A DNA stretch of 32,000 bases from Candidatus Saccharimonadota bacterium (GCA_016699145.1 CP064962.1:750001-782000); one strand, 5' to 3'; shown: positions 1-9,153, counted from the stretch's first letter. Notes: generated by a model from the letters alone, not told the origin. Made by a program: numbers and translations.

Positions 1-996
1 CAAGATGTAGAGATCCAACTGAACTAACTTGCGAGACCAAGCCTTTAGTTTAGGCAAATCTGAAAGCGATGGCTCACTCTTGCATAGCGTGTCCACTTCA
101 TTAAGGACAGGCATTAAAGCCTGTTCAACAAACTTCTTCCGATGGGCTACATCTTGAGCTGGATGACGAGAGGATTTACGCTTAAGCCATAAATTAAACA
201 GGGTTAGTAGCCGATTCAATTCATCCAAAGGCATGGCGGCCAATTTTGCTGGGTTGTTCAATAGGGGGTAAAATTTTGTGGGAAATAGAGCAAGACGTAT
301 GTTTTCGACCGATGTTTTCCCCAGTCCCAACTCTTCTTGAGCAGCCTGCATGTAGAGGGGGTGTCCCAGGGACACCCTATAGCCATCATGTGCTTTCAAC
401 CCTTTAGTTGCTTCATCAAGGCGACCAAGCTCTTCATCGATCGCCAATTTAAGCCCGTCGGTACTTAGGGTGAACCTCTCAAGCAACATGGGCAAAAGGG
501 TTTTTACAGTGGTCGGAGCCAAAAGCTCAAGCTGTAATGCTTGAGCGCATGAAGACACCTTTCGAAGGCTTAACAGCGATTCAGAAAGTTTCAAAAGGGA
601 ATTTAAACAGTGTAACTCAATCTGCACGGCCGTCTTTGCCTCAGAGGCCCCCTCGGCTGTAGAAGAATCCAAGGAGCTCATCGCGTCAGCTAAACGCTGA
701 GACAGTTCCATAAAAATCTTCACACCATTTACGGGCCATGACTTGGGCCATTCATCAAGGGAATCTACACAATTTACATAACGTAATCGAAGATACCGGA
801 TCTGTTGCACATAACGAAGCGGATCCTTGGGATCAAAAATTAAATCAAGCCCAGGCAGACCAGGAGCACGATCTCTTGCGGGGTCACTGAGCGGAGAGGC
901 CCTCCCCTGTAAGACAGCAGGCCTCACAGGAGGTATAGGGGTATCGAGCCCACGGTCCGGATCCAACTCCAATAATGATGAATCTTCTACCGACAT
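1..996 (-). CDS. hypothetical protein, 5' part only (gene runs off the left edge of the window)
   Basis: Own minus-strand translation: ATG at 996-994 (MSVEDSSLLELDPDRGLDTPIPPVRPAVLQ...). No TTA/CTA/TCA triplet occurs in that frame down to base 1 (332 codons). It is missing from the ORF track only because no stop lies inside the window. No family recognised. Confidence 0.6.
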   Translation of the reverse strand, partial: MSVEDSSLLELDPDRGLDTPIPPVRPAVLQGRASPLSDPARDRAPGLPGLDLIFDPKDPLRYVQQIRYLRLRYVNCVDSLDEWPKSWPVNGVKIFMELSQRLADAMSSLDSSTAEGASEAKTAVQIELHCLNSLLKLSESLLSLRKVSSCAQALQLELLAPTTVKTLLPMLLERFTLSTDGLKLAIDEELGRLDEATKGLKAHDGYRVSLGHPLYMQAAQEELGLGKTSVENIRLALFPTKFYPLLNNPAKLAAMPLDELNRLLTLFNLWLKRKSSRHPAQDVAHRKKFVEQALMPVLNEVDTLCKSEPSLSDLPKLKAWSRKLVQLDLYIL

Positions 997-1060
997 ATCA
1001 ACATTGCCAAATAATCAAAATGTGTCCAGATACTACAACACAGTTTAAATTATGTCAAGA

Positions 1061-1065
1061 GGCAC
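1061..1065. repeat. GGCAC, left outer copy of the 5-bp direct repeat associated with the IS481-like pair
   Basis: GGCAC directly abuts the TGT terminus of copy 1. The same pentamer lies at 3286-3290 and 4226-4230. Confidence 0.7.
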
Positions 1066-2001
1066 TGTTTTGTAATCAATAGCTTTGCATCACTTCGTTA
1101 GGAGTTAGCATGTGAAGACCCATGTGAGGACGTTCAAAATTGTAATAGTGAAGGAAGTCAGGGATTGCTTTTTTTGTAAGCCTCTAAAGTCTTTGGGACT
1201 CGGGAGAGGCATTCCTCCTGGATGGTTCTGTTGAATCTCTCCACATAGGCATTGTCTGTGGGTGTTCGTACTCTTGAATGCCTGTGCTGAATTTCATTAG
1301 CTACAAGCGTTTTAGTGAGCCACTTGGAAAACTCACTTCCATGGTCTGTCTGGATCATTTTAAGTTCAAAGGGCATGTCTTCTTGTGAGTGCTGAATAAA
1401 CTCCCAACTTGCGTGGGTTCCAATCTTCATCACCGGCATAGCAGAGGCCCATCTGCTGCACACGTCCAGCATAGTGTATACATAAAGTCTGTCATAATAA
1501 GGCCCATCCACAATCGTGTCTATTTGCACCAATATGCCTGGTTTTTCAGGCCGCGGTCTTTCCTCATACTGGTGCCACTTCTTCCACTTGCTGTATTTGG
1601 TCATCTCGTTCCTTTTGAGTGTTCTCTTCACACTGGAAAGACTCACTTCGTAGCCATCTCTTTCCAGAAAATAGTGAATCACTTCTGCACACCGCTGGTA
1701 CTTGAGTCTGTACTCTATGACTTTCTGCACTGTCTCTGCAGAAAGCTCACTGGGGTGCGAATGGGGACGTGAGCTTTCTGTGGGAATGGTGTGGCCATAG
1801 TTATTGCCTCTGAGCTTTTCCACCCACCGCACAATGCTGCTTTGGTTAAAACCTGTGTGTCTGGCCACTTCGCGTGTGCTCCAGCCTTTTCCAGAACTAA
1901 CTTTGCTGCCTCCATTCGCACCCGAGGCAGATGGGGATTTTGTGTGTATGCCATGTCCATATCTTTGCACAGGGGTGATGCAAAGCTATTGAACCATTAC
2001 A
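1066..2001 (-). mobile_element. IS481-family-like insertion sequence, copy 1 (degenerate)
   Basis: Near-identical repeat of 3291-4225. Starts TGTTTTGTAATCAATAGCTTTGCATCAC and ends GTGATGCAAAGCTATTGAACCATTACA (5'-TG...CA-3' termini). The imperfect IRs share an identical 18-bp core, TCAATAGCTTTGCATCAC. Confidence 0.8.
1158..1970 (-). pseudogene. IS481-family DDE (rve-type) transposase, frameshifted copy
   Basis: Same protein as 3301-4194, but residues about 10-29 are read out of frame (HTKSPSASGANGGSKVSSGKGWST versus HKNPHLPRVRMEAAKLVLEKGWST). The C-terminal ~30 aa are lost (AYKKSNP* versus AYKKAIPDFLHYYNFERPH...). The cause is three 1-nt length differences from copy 2: T7 versus T6 at 1169-1175, T4 versus T5 at 1887-1890, and one extra nt in the TTTTGTGTG tract at 1938-1947. 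Confidence 0.85.
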
Positions 2002-2003
2002 GG
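1997..2003. repeat. TTACAGG, left copy of the target-site duplication of the IS4-like element
   Basis: Identical heptamer at 3281-3287, directly abutting both IS4-like IRs. It is 8 bp if the ambiguous C at 2004/3288 is counted. Confidence 0.75.
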
Positions 2004-3280
2004 CTAAAAAGACCCCAGTTTTAAGAGAGTGAATTGGAGATTTTGTTTTAGGGTAAGGCTAAAATGGGTGTTAAATTTTGAAGAACCACCTTTAAAAATA
2101 ACAGATTTTAGCCATGAACAAATATATCCAAGATTTCATTACAAATAAATGCCGAAGTATATTTACAGGTTTAACCCTGCCACAGAAGAAGGCCTTGGCT
2201 GAAGTACTTAGAGGACTTTTCGTAGAAGCCACCCCTATACTTCGGCATTTAGCCCAAAACAAAGAGGTTTCAGCAAAGAAGCAAGGGAACAAGTACTCTC
2301 ATCATCTTGGGAATGTTGATTTACAGAAGAAAGTGGAGGATTTCTCAGTAAGAGCTGTAGCTTCTGAAATTCGTAAAAACACAGTGATTGCTTATGATCT
2401 CGTAGATCTTTCCAAACCTTCCGCAAAGAAGATGGAGAAATTGTCACAAGTATATGATTCGAGTGAAGGGAGCATTGAACCTGGTTTTCTTTTTGCATGG
2501 AGTGGGCGTGAACAATCTGCTCCTAAAACTGCGTTTTCATCACAATGATAAAGCGTTCTTGGGACAGGTTAGGAAGGCTATTTTGGAGGAACTCACCCAG
2601 GTTTTTGATCATAAAGGCATTTTTGTCTTTGATCGTGGCAACGACGATGAGAAACTTTTTTAGAGATCTTCGTCAGGTCTTAAAAGTGCAATTTATCGCA
2701 AGAGTAAGGGAAAACAGAACGGTTGTGCTTAAGGAAACTGGGGTCTTGATTTCTGTGAAAGAGTTGCCTGAAGGAAGCTACGAAGTGTTTTGATGAAAAA
2801 TGGAAAAGTGCTTGGGGATCTTTGCCACAATCTGCTCATACGGAACCATCTGGAAGGAAAGAACCCATAAGGCTCATCTACTCACTCAAGGATTCATATA
2901 CTGCAGAGCAGATTGTGAATTTGTATCTGGAAAGATGGGGAATTGAAAAGAGTTTTAAGAGAGTGAAGCAAAAGTTCCAGTTGGAGAAAATCCGTGTGCT
3001 TAGCCTGAAAAAGTTTATCAATTTGATTGCTCTGACTCAATTTGCAATGAACCTCTCTGTTCTTATGTTTAGGAAAGTCCAAGCTCTCACTCACAGTCTG
3101 GTTACTTCTGTTGTTTCCAACTACAAGGGGTTCATTGCAAAGAAATCACTCACCTTTAACCTGGAATCTTTCATAACTTTTCTCCAGAATTCTCTACAGT
3201 CACTCCAATTTCATGCCCCTCCAAAACGCCAACCCTCCCTCTTCTCATTCAGGCAACTGAAAAAACTGGGGTCTTTTTAG
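2004..3280 (+). mobile_element. IS4-family-like insertion sequence (degenerate), inserted between the two IS481-like copies
   Basis: Perfect 19-bp terminal inverted repeats: CTAAAAAGACCCCAGTTTT at 2004-2022 and its reverse complement at 3262-3280. Flanked by the direct repeat TTACAGG. Encodes a fragmented DDE transposase. Confidence 0.8.
2114..3280 (+). pseudogene. IS4-family DDE transposase broken into at least four pieces
   Basis: ORF pieces 2114-2548, 2454-2663, 2545-2793 and 2822-3280 lie in different frames but read on as one protein. The last piece carries the IS4-family Y-(2)-R-(3)-E-(6)-K signature (YLERWGIEKSFKRVK). Candidate DDE aspartates are in IAYDLVD and FVFDRGNDD. Confidence 0.75.
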
Positions 3281-3287
3281 TTACAGG
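3281..3287. repeat. TTACAGG, right copy of the IS4-like target-site duplication
   Basis: See 1997-2003. The first 5 nt (TTACA) equal the terminal 5 nt of the IS481-like right end. Confidence 0.75.
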
Positions 3288-3290
3288 CAC
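3286..3290. repeat. GGCAC, spacer copy between the two IS481-like elements
   Basis: Lies directly 5' of the TGT terminus of copy 2. Its other half (GG, plus the ambiguous C) follows the ACA terminus of copy 1 at 2002-2004. Confidence 0.7.
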
Positions 3291-4225
3291 TGTTTTGTAA
3301 TCAATAGCTTTGCATCACTTCGTTAGGAGTTAGCATGTGAAGACCCATGTGAGGACGTTCAAAATTGTAATAGTGAAGGAAGTCAGGGATTGCTTTTTTG
3401 TAAGCCTCTAAAGTCTTTGGGACTCGGGAGAGGCATTCCTCCTGGATGGTTCTGTTGAATCTCTCCACATAGGCATTGTCTGTGGGTGTTCGTACTCTTG
3501 AATGCCTGTGCTGAATTTCATTAGCTACAAGCGTTTTAGTGAGCCACTTGGAAAACTCACTTCCATGGTCTGTCTGGATCATTTTAAGTTCAAAGGGCAT
3601 GTCTTCTTGTGAGTGCTGAATAAACTCCCAACTTGCGTGGGTTCCAATCTTCATCACCGGCATAGCAGAGGCCCATCTGCTGCACACGTCCAGCATAGTG
3701 TATACATAAAGTCTGTCATAATAAGGCCCATCCACAATCGTGTCTATTTGCACCAATATGCCTGGTTTTTCAGGCCGCGGTCTTTCCTCATACTGGTGCC
3801 ACTTCTTCCACTTGCTGTATTTGGTCATCTCGTTCCTTTTGAGTGTTCTCTTCACACTGGAAAGACTCACTTCGTAGCCATCTCTTTCCAGAAAATAGTG
3901 AATCACTTCTGCACACCGCTGGTACTTGAGTCTGTACTCTATGACTTTCTGCACTGTCTCTGCAGAAAGCTCACTGGGGTGCGAATGGGGACGTGAGCTT
4001 TCTGTGGGAATGGTGTGGCCATAGTTATTGCCTCTGAGCTTTTCCACCCACCGCACAATGCTGCTTTGGTTAAAACCTGTGTGTCTGGCCACTTCGCGTG
4101 TGCTCCAGCCTTTTTCCAGAACTAACTTTGCTGCCTCCATTCGCACCCGAGGCAGATGGGGATTTTTGTGTATGCCATGTCCATATCTTTGCACAGGGGT
4201 GATGCAAAGCTATTGAACCATTACA
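3291..4225 (-). mobile_element. IS481-family-like insertion sequence, copy 2 (intact ORF)
   Basis: 935 bp with TGT...ACA termini and the same IRs as copy 1. Flanked by GGCAC on both sides (3286-3290 and 4226-4230). Confidence 0.85.
3301..4194 (-). CDS. IS481-family DDE transposase/integrase (HTH + rve domain)
   Basis: 297-aa ORF. N-terminal HTH (GWSTREVARHTGFNQSSIVRWV). DDE triad candidates are LVQIDT, MIQTDHGSEF and AYVERFNRTIQEE. C-terminal YNFERPHMGL is typical of rve integrase-type transposases. Confidence 0.85.
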   Translation of the reverse strand: MQRYGHGIHKNPHLPRVRMEAAKLVLEKGWSTREVARHTGFNQSSIVRWVEKLRGNNYGHTIPTESSRPHSHPSELSAETVQKVIEYRLKYQRCAEVIHYFLERDGYEVSLSSVKRTLKRNEMTKYSKWKKWHQYEERPRPEKPGILVQIDTIVDGPYYDRLYVYTMLDVCSRWASAMPVMKIGTHASWEFIQHSQEDMPFELKMIQTDHGSEFSKWLTKTLVANEIQHRHSRVRTPTDNAYVERFNRTIQEECLSRVPKTLEAYKKAIPDFLHYYNFERPHMGLHMLTPNEVMQSY

Positions 4226-4230
4226 GGCAC
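4226..4230. repeat. GGCAC, right outer copy of the 5-bp direct repeat
   Basis: Directly follows the ACA terminus of copy 2. Confidence 0.7.
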
Positions 4231-4303
4231 TTGACACACAACAAAATTTATTTTGCATTCGCGCGCATCAAAATCACCCCGCAAGCGGCTCTCAAAAGCA
4301 AAA

Positions 4304-5818
4304 TCAAAAGCGAACTTTCTGGCGCACTTCTTCAGGAAAAGCCTTGAGCGCAAACAAAATTCCAATATAAACCCCGGCCCCCAAAAAGCTCAAGAGCAGC
4401 ACGTTCAAATTTTGCAGCCCCCACAGTTCGTAAGTGGGATCTTTTAAAAAGTAAACCACCGCTCCCATGGCAAAACCCGCCAGGGAAATTTTAGCAAAAT
4501 TGCCCCACTCCACTCGATAGCGTAAATACCGGCGTGCCGTCCATCCGGCAATCAACAAAATGAAAATTTCTGTAGCCACCGTCGTCCACGCCGCCCCGCG
4601 AAAACCCCACGTCGAAACCGCCCACAAATTCACGCTAATATTGAAGAGCGCCGCCGCTCCATTGATCCACAAAAGCTTGCCCTGCTTGCCCAAAGCCACC
4701 AGCGAATAATTGTACAAACTGCCGCTGAACGAAAGGCACATGGCAATCGCCAAAATTTGCAAGGCTATGTCAGATCCATAAATCCCTTCATCTAAACGGC
4801 TCAAAAACTCCGGTTGAGTGATCAAAAAAATGATGGGATACGCCAGCAAATAAAGCCCAATGGCCATGGGGAGTCCCGCCATGTACAAAAAACTCATGCA
4901 CAGCTGCAAAATGCGTTCCACCTTGGCCTTCCCACCGCTTTCCTCAGCCTCCTTCAGTGCGCGGCTCAGCACCGGCAAAACGCTGTTCATAAAAAACACC
5001 GGAATCACATTCAAAATCTCCAAAATGCGCATGGCAGGACCGTAAAACCCAAGCTCCTGTGGCCCCTTAATGAAGAGGATCATAATACTGTCGATGCGAA
5101 AGTAAATCATGTTCAAAACCAGTGCGATTCCATAAGGGAAAGCCCCTACAAAAATCTCTTTCCAATAGCTTTTATCAAAACGCGGAGCAAGCTGAGCGTA
5201 GCGCTGTGCGCAGTAATAGGTGTAGACAAAAGAGAACAAATTCCCCACCAGCCCGGCGAACATCAATTGATTGAAAGAGGACTGACTCGGTTCCCCTGAA
5301 AAGAAGTAAAAAATCACTGCAAGCATCCATCCAAAAGAAAGCAACTTTCCAAAAACCAAAGCCGCTGTGGCGTATTGCATTTTGAGTTCCACCTGCAAAA
5401 CGCTGGATGCGGTGCCCTGCAAAATGGCAAAAAACACCGCCAAAGCTGCAATGGCCACTCCTCCTGGAATGTAGGTTCCTTGGTAAGCAGGGATCAAAAA
5501 TGCGGCCACCACGGCAATCGCCATAGCCACGGCCGCCGTCACAATGCGCATGCCAAAAATATTGCCCGCCACAAAACTGCGTTCGCGCTCGCCCTTGCTC
5601 ATTTCACGCACGCCGATAGTAAAAAGCCCAAAGTCCGCCGCGATTCCAAAAAACGCCAAAAATTCATAAACCGCCGTATACATTCCATAGCCCTCCACAC
5701 TCAAAAAGTGAGACACCGCTTTCAAAATGCCAATGCTGGTCACCGCCATGATCGCACGTCCTGCGACTTGAATCACAGTGTTCCCCAAGATTTTTTTCGC
5801 AGTCGTCATTGGCGACAT
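4304..5818 (-). CDS. MOP-superfamily polysaccharide/oligosaccharide flippase (Wzx-like)
   Basis: Long polytopic membrane ORF. The N-terminus (KILGNTVIQVAGRAIMAVTSIGILKAVSHFLSVEGYGMYTAVYEFLAFFGIAADFGL) is typical of the polysaccharide-biosynthesis/flippase family rather than MurJ. The track ORF starts at TTG 5857; I prefer ATG 5818 (MSPMTTAKK). Start is uncertain. Confidence 0.65.
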   Translation of the reverse strand: MSPMTTAKKILGNTVIQVAGRAIMAVTSIGILKAVSHFLSVEGYGMYTAVYEFLAFFGIAADFGLFTIGVREMSKGERERSFVAGNIFGMRIVTAAVAMAIAVVAAFLIPAYQGTYIPGGVAIAALAVFFAILQGTASSVLQVELKMQYATAALVFGKLLSFGWMLAVIFYFFSGEPSQSSFNQLMFAGLVGNLFSFVYTYYCAQRYAQLAPRFDKSYWKEIFVGAFPYGIALVLNMIYFRIDSIMILFIKGPQELGFYGPAMRILEILNVIPVFFMNSVLPVLSRALKEAEESGGKAKVERILQLCMSFLYMAGLPMAIGLYLLAYPIIFLITQPEFLSRLDEGIYGSDIALQILAIAMCLSFSGSLYNYSLVALGKQGKLLWINGAAALFNISVNLWAVSTWGFRGAAWTTVATEIFILLIAGWTARRYLRYRVEWGNFAKISLAGFAMGAVVYFLKDPTYELWGLQNLNVLLLSFLGAGVYIGILFALKAFPEEVRQKVRF

Positions 5819-5945
5819 TGTAGAGCTTCTTTCGGTGCAAAACAAACCTTGCTTCAAGAGCCCCCTTTACATCCCCTCAACTTGAGCCTTCACAAAAACG
5901 CTATCTTTTTGCTATCATTTTTGTGAACAACTTAATCAAGCACTC

Positions 5946-6224
5946 ATGCCTGCCAAAAAGCAAATTCTCATTCGCCTCGACCCCGAACTTTACGAATACG
6001 CTCGCTTCAAGTGCCAGAACGAGTGGGGCATTGGACTCAGTCCGCTCATCAAAGTATTTTTAAAAGCCTTTGTCACTCAAGATGGAGTGGGTTTTTGGAT
6101 AGGGGATCAAAACCTGCGTCGAAAATTCAACGATTGGCTCCTCAAAAAAGCGCTAGAAAAGAACCGAAAAGGGAGACACGCGCCACTGCCCGGCCCTCGC
6201 CTCAAAGATCTTTACGAGTTATAG
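5946..6224 (+). CDS. small hypothetical protein, possibly ribbon-helix-helix fold
   Basis: 92-aa ORF ending 8 nt before prfB. The N-terminus [40 protein letters not shown] has a strand-helix-helix pattern like CopG/Arc-type RHH proteins. The fold call is inference only. Confidence 0.4.
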   Translation: MPAKKQILIRLDPELYEYARFKCQNEWGIGLSPLIKVFLKAFVTQDGVGFWIGDQNLRRKFNDWLLKKALEKNRKGRHAPLPGPRLKDLYEL

Positions 6225-6231
6225 TCTCCTC

Positions 6232-7317
6232 ATGCAAGAACTCAAAGACCGCCTCCAAGCCCTTCGTGAAGACGTGGAGAAATCCCTGACTCACCTGGAC
6301 CTTCCCACCAAAAAGGCCCGCCTCGCCGCTCTCGAAACCGAGATGTCCGCCCCCGATTTTTGGAACGAGCAAGCCAAAGCCCAAAAGGTTTCCAAAGAAG
6401 CCGGACTCGTGCGCAACACCATAGCCGCCTGGACCGCGCTCGATCAAGAAACCCGCGACCTCATTGAACTTTTAGACCTCACCGACGAAAACGACAAAGC
6501 CGCCCTAGCTCAACTCGAAGCCAACCTAAAAACCGCCGAAGAAACCCATCACGCCCTCAGCGTTCAACTTTACCTCTCCGGCCCCTACGACAGCGCTTCC
6601 GCCATCCTCTCTTTTCATGCAGGAACAGGAGGTGTAGACGCCCAAGACTGGGCCGAAATGCTCATGCGCATGTATTTGCGCTACTGCGAAAATAAAGGGT
6701 GGAAAACCACTCAACTAGATCTATCCACCGCCGAAACCGCAGGCATCAAATCCGCCTCTTTTAAGGTGGAAGGGGACTACGTTTATGGCACCCTCAAACA
6801 CGAACACGGCGTGCATCGCCTTGTGCGCATCTCCCCTTTCAACGCCAAAGGCACCCGCGAAACGTCTTTTGCCATGGTGGATGTATCCCCCGAAATCGAA
6901 GAAGCCGAACTCGAAATAAAAGAAGATGATCTTGACTGGGAATTCATCCGTGCCAGTGGAGCCGGCGGCCAAAACGTGAATAAAGTTTCGAGCGCCGTGC
7001 GCCTCATCCACAAACCCACCGGCCTCGTCATGACCTGCCAAACCGAGCGCAGTCAGATTCAAAATCGTATGAACGCGCTGAACATGCTCAAGTCCAAACT
7101 GCTCGCCATGCAAGAGCAAAATCACCTCAAAACCATTCAAGAACTCACCGGCGAACACTTCAAAAACTCTTGGGGCAACCAAATCCGTTCCTACGTTTTG
7201 CAGCCTTACCAAATGGTAAAAGACCATCGTACCGACCACGAAACAAGCCAAGTGGACAAGGTTCTCGACGGAGACCTAGACGGATTCATAGAGGCTAGTT
7301 TAAAATTGAGACACTGA
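6232..7317 (+). CDS. prfB: peptide chain release factor 2
   Basis: 361 aa. Carries the RF2-diagnostic SPF tripeptide ([15 protein letters not shown]) and the GGQ motif ([17 protein letters not shown]). Encoded in one uninterrupted frame. Confidence 0.9.
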   Translation: MQELKDRLQALREDVEKSLTHLDLPTKKARLAALETEMSAPDFWNEQAKAQKVSKEAGLVRNTIAAWTALDQETRDLIELLDLTDENDKAALAQLEANLKTAEETHHALSVQLYLSGPYDSASAILSFHAGTGGVDAQDWAEMLMRMYLRYCENKGWKTTQLDLSTAETAGIKSASFKVEGDYVYGTLKHEHGVHRLVRISPFNAKGTRETSFAMVDVSPEIEEAELEIKEDDLDWEFIRASGAGGQNVNKVSSAVRLIHKPTGLVMTCQTERSQIQNRMNALNMLKSKLLAMQEQNHLKTIQELTGEHFKNSWGNQIRSYVLQPYQMVKDHRTDHETSQVDKVLDGDLDGFIEASLKLRH

Positions 7318-7555
7318 TTAACCTGCAATTTATGCCATTAGGAGACCATTACAACGGACGCATAGGGGAAGACAATGCAGTGACCACTTCTTTAAGAAGA
7401 CCAGAGCTGCAAGGTGAAGCTTCCGGGAGCAAAGAGGCTAAAGCACCATTACAATTCACGCCAGAAGGGGTTAAGGGCAAGGTCGATAACGTTCTCAATC
7501 CTCAAGATGCTGAAGATCACCTCTCAAATGGAGACCGTTTTCACGCAACCCACTG

Positions 7556-8044
7556 ATGCCCATCCCCGTAGAACAAGGCAAAGAAAACACCATTCTTCGC
7601 ACGGTTTCTAAACCTGTGAAGAATTTCACGCCTGAACTGCGCAAATTTGCTGAAGAAATGACCAAAACCATGCACTTCGAAAAGGGCGTGGGCATTGCTG
7701 CACCTCAATGCGGAAAAAACATCCGCATGGCCATTGTCATGCTCAATCCCGGGCAAAAAAACGAGATCGTCTTCCCCATCGTCAACCCCGAAATCCTAGA
7801 ACTTTCCGAAGAGATGGAAGACGGCGAAGAAGGCTGCCTCAGCCTGCGCGGCTTTTGGGGCAAGGTGAAGCGTCACTCCTTTCTCACCGTACGTTTCCAA
7901 AACCTAAAAGGCCAAGAGCAAACCCTCACCCTCGAGCACTTCAACGCTCGCATCATTCAGCACGAAGTGGACCACCTGGACGGCAAACTCTTCATCGACC
8001 GCGCCCACGAAATTGAAGAGAAGAAAAAGAAGAAATCAAAATAA
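7556..8044 (+). CDS. def: peptide deformylase
   Basis: All three PDF motifs are present: GVGIAAPQ, EGCLSL and QHEVDHL. The C-terminus is a lysine-rich tail. Confidence 0.9.
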   Translation: MPIPVEQGKENTILRTVSKPVKNFTPELRKFAEEMTKTMHFEKGVGIAAPQCGKNIRMAIVMLNPGQKNEIVFPIVNPEILELSEEMEDGEEGCLSLRGFWGKVKRHSFLTVRFQNLKGQEQTLTLEHFNARIIQHEVDHLDGKLFIDRAHEIEEKKKKKSK

Positions 8045-9064
8045 ATCTCGCCACCCCTTGACCAATCGAACCACTCGCCACCACAGAGGGCGGTACACAA
8101 AGACCCGCGATCCAGCATAGCTCACGCGCTGCCCCCCAAAGCGCGTTTTGAACTGAGTCACTCCGGCCCAAGCGTGCTTTTCATCCCCCTCTGGTGCTAC
8201 TCCAAAAAAATCATAGGTTTCACAGCCCTCCTGAATAGCGTCGCAAATCGCCTGCCATTGGATCAAATAAGGAGCCATCACCTTGCGATCTTCATTGGAC
8301 GAAGCTCCGTAATAATAAGTCGCCACACTGCCAAAAAAAGTGGCCAAAATGCCACCTACGACGCGCCCTTCATACTCCGCCACATACAAACGCGCCTTTC
8401 CATCCAATTCCTCCAAAAACGCCCGATAAAAGCCAAGAGGATGCACCGAAAAGCCATCCCGCCCTCCCGTTTGCTGCACTAGGGCATGAAACGCCGTCAC
8501 ATCCGCCTCCGTACCCCGGCGCACCTTCACCCCCGCTTTCTCCGCGATTTTGATGTTGTAACGCCCCTTTTGAGTCATCTCTTCCAAGAGCTTTTTCTCA
8601 CCCTTTTTCAGGTCTAAAAACAAGCTGTGCACAGGGGTATAACTGATGGACTCAGCACAGCCCCCCAGGGCCAAAGCTTCCGGCAAAAAGCCCGGTTCCA
8701 CGCGCAAATACACATCCCCATGCAGGCGAGCCCAGTTGCGCAGCGCTTCCAGGAGTAGCCCCCACGCCTCATGGGCCTCTTCCGCTGTCATTCCCTCCTT
8801 AAAAACAGGCCCACGCGGAGCCCACAGCCACGTTTTTCCAAAACCCATTTCTTGTCGCACCACCAAAAGCGTGGCTAAAAATGCCCCCTCTTTTTCGTCC
8901 CCTTCCGCATCCACCACCGCAAACACCCTAAACGCGGGCCGCCCCGGAATTTTCACCTGAAACTCGCCCCATTCCCAACTTTGCTCAATGGGACTTCCCT
9001 TTGCAACCGTCACAAAAGCATTCAGGACCTTTTTGTGAGATGAATCGAGGACGGCAACATGCAT
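8036..9064 (-). CDS. FemAB-family peptidoglycan interpeptide-bridge aminoacyltransferase (FemX-like)
   Basis: 342 aa. Family-typical stretches: GRYNIKIAEKAGVKV, YYGASSNEDRKVMAPYLIQW and GVTQFKTRFGG. Its 3' end overlaps def by 9 nt (convergent). Confidence 0.7.
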   Translation of the reverse strand: MHVAVLDSSHKKVLNAFVTVAKGSPIEQSWEWGEFQVKIPGRPAFRVFAVVDAEGDEKEGAFLATLLVVRQEMGFGKTWLWAPRGPVFKEGMTAEEAHEAWGLLLEALRNWARLHGDVYLRVEPGFLPEALALGGCAESISYTPVHSLFLDLKKGEKKLLEEMTQKGRYNIKIAEKAGVKVRRGTEADVTAFHALVQQTGGRDGFSVHPLGFYRAFLEELDGKARLYVAEYEGRVVGGILATFFGSVATYYYGASSNEDRKVMAPYLIQWQAICDAIQEGCETYDFFGVAPEGDEKHAWAGVTQFKTRFGGQRVSYAGSRVFVYRPLWWRVVRLVKGWRDLF

Positions 9065-9153
9065 GCTGAAAGTGTAGCAAAGCTTGAAACAAGGAATTCG
9101 CGAAAACTATTTACTAAAATTAAAAAAGGTTATAATTCTAAACCATAAACACT

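Noticed and set aside
827-1048. 73-aa plus-strand ORF at the left end.
   Set aside because: It overlaps the 5' part of the much longer minus-strand ORF (1-996). It has a TTG start and a low-complexity translation.
6290-6330. Looked for the classical prfB +1 programmed frameshift (an in-frame TGA after about 25 codons with an upstream SD-like sequence).
   Set aside because: The ORF is continuous from ATG 6232 and no in-frame stop is present. See the corresponding finding.
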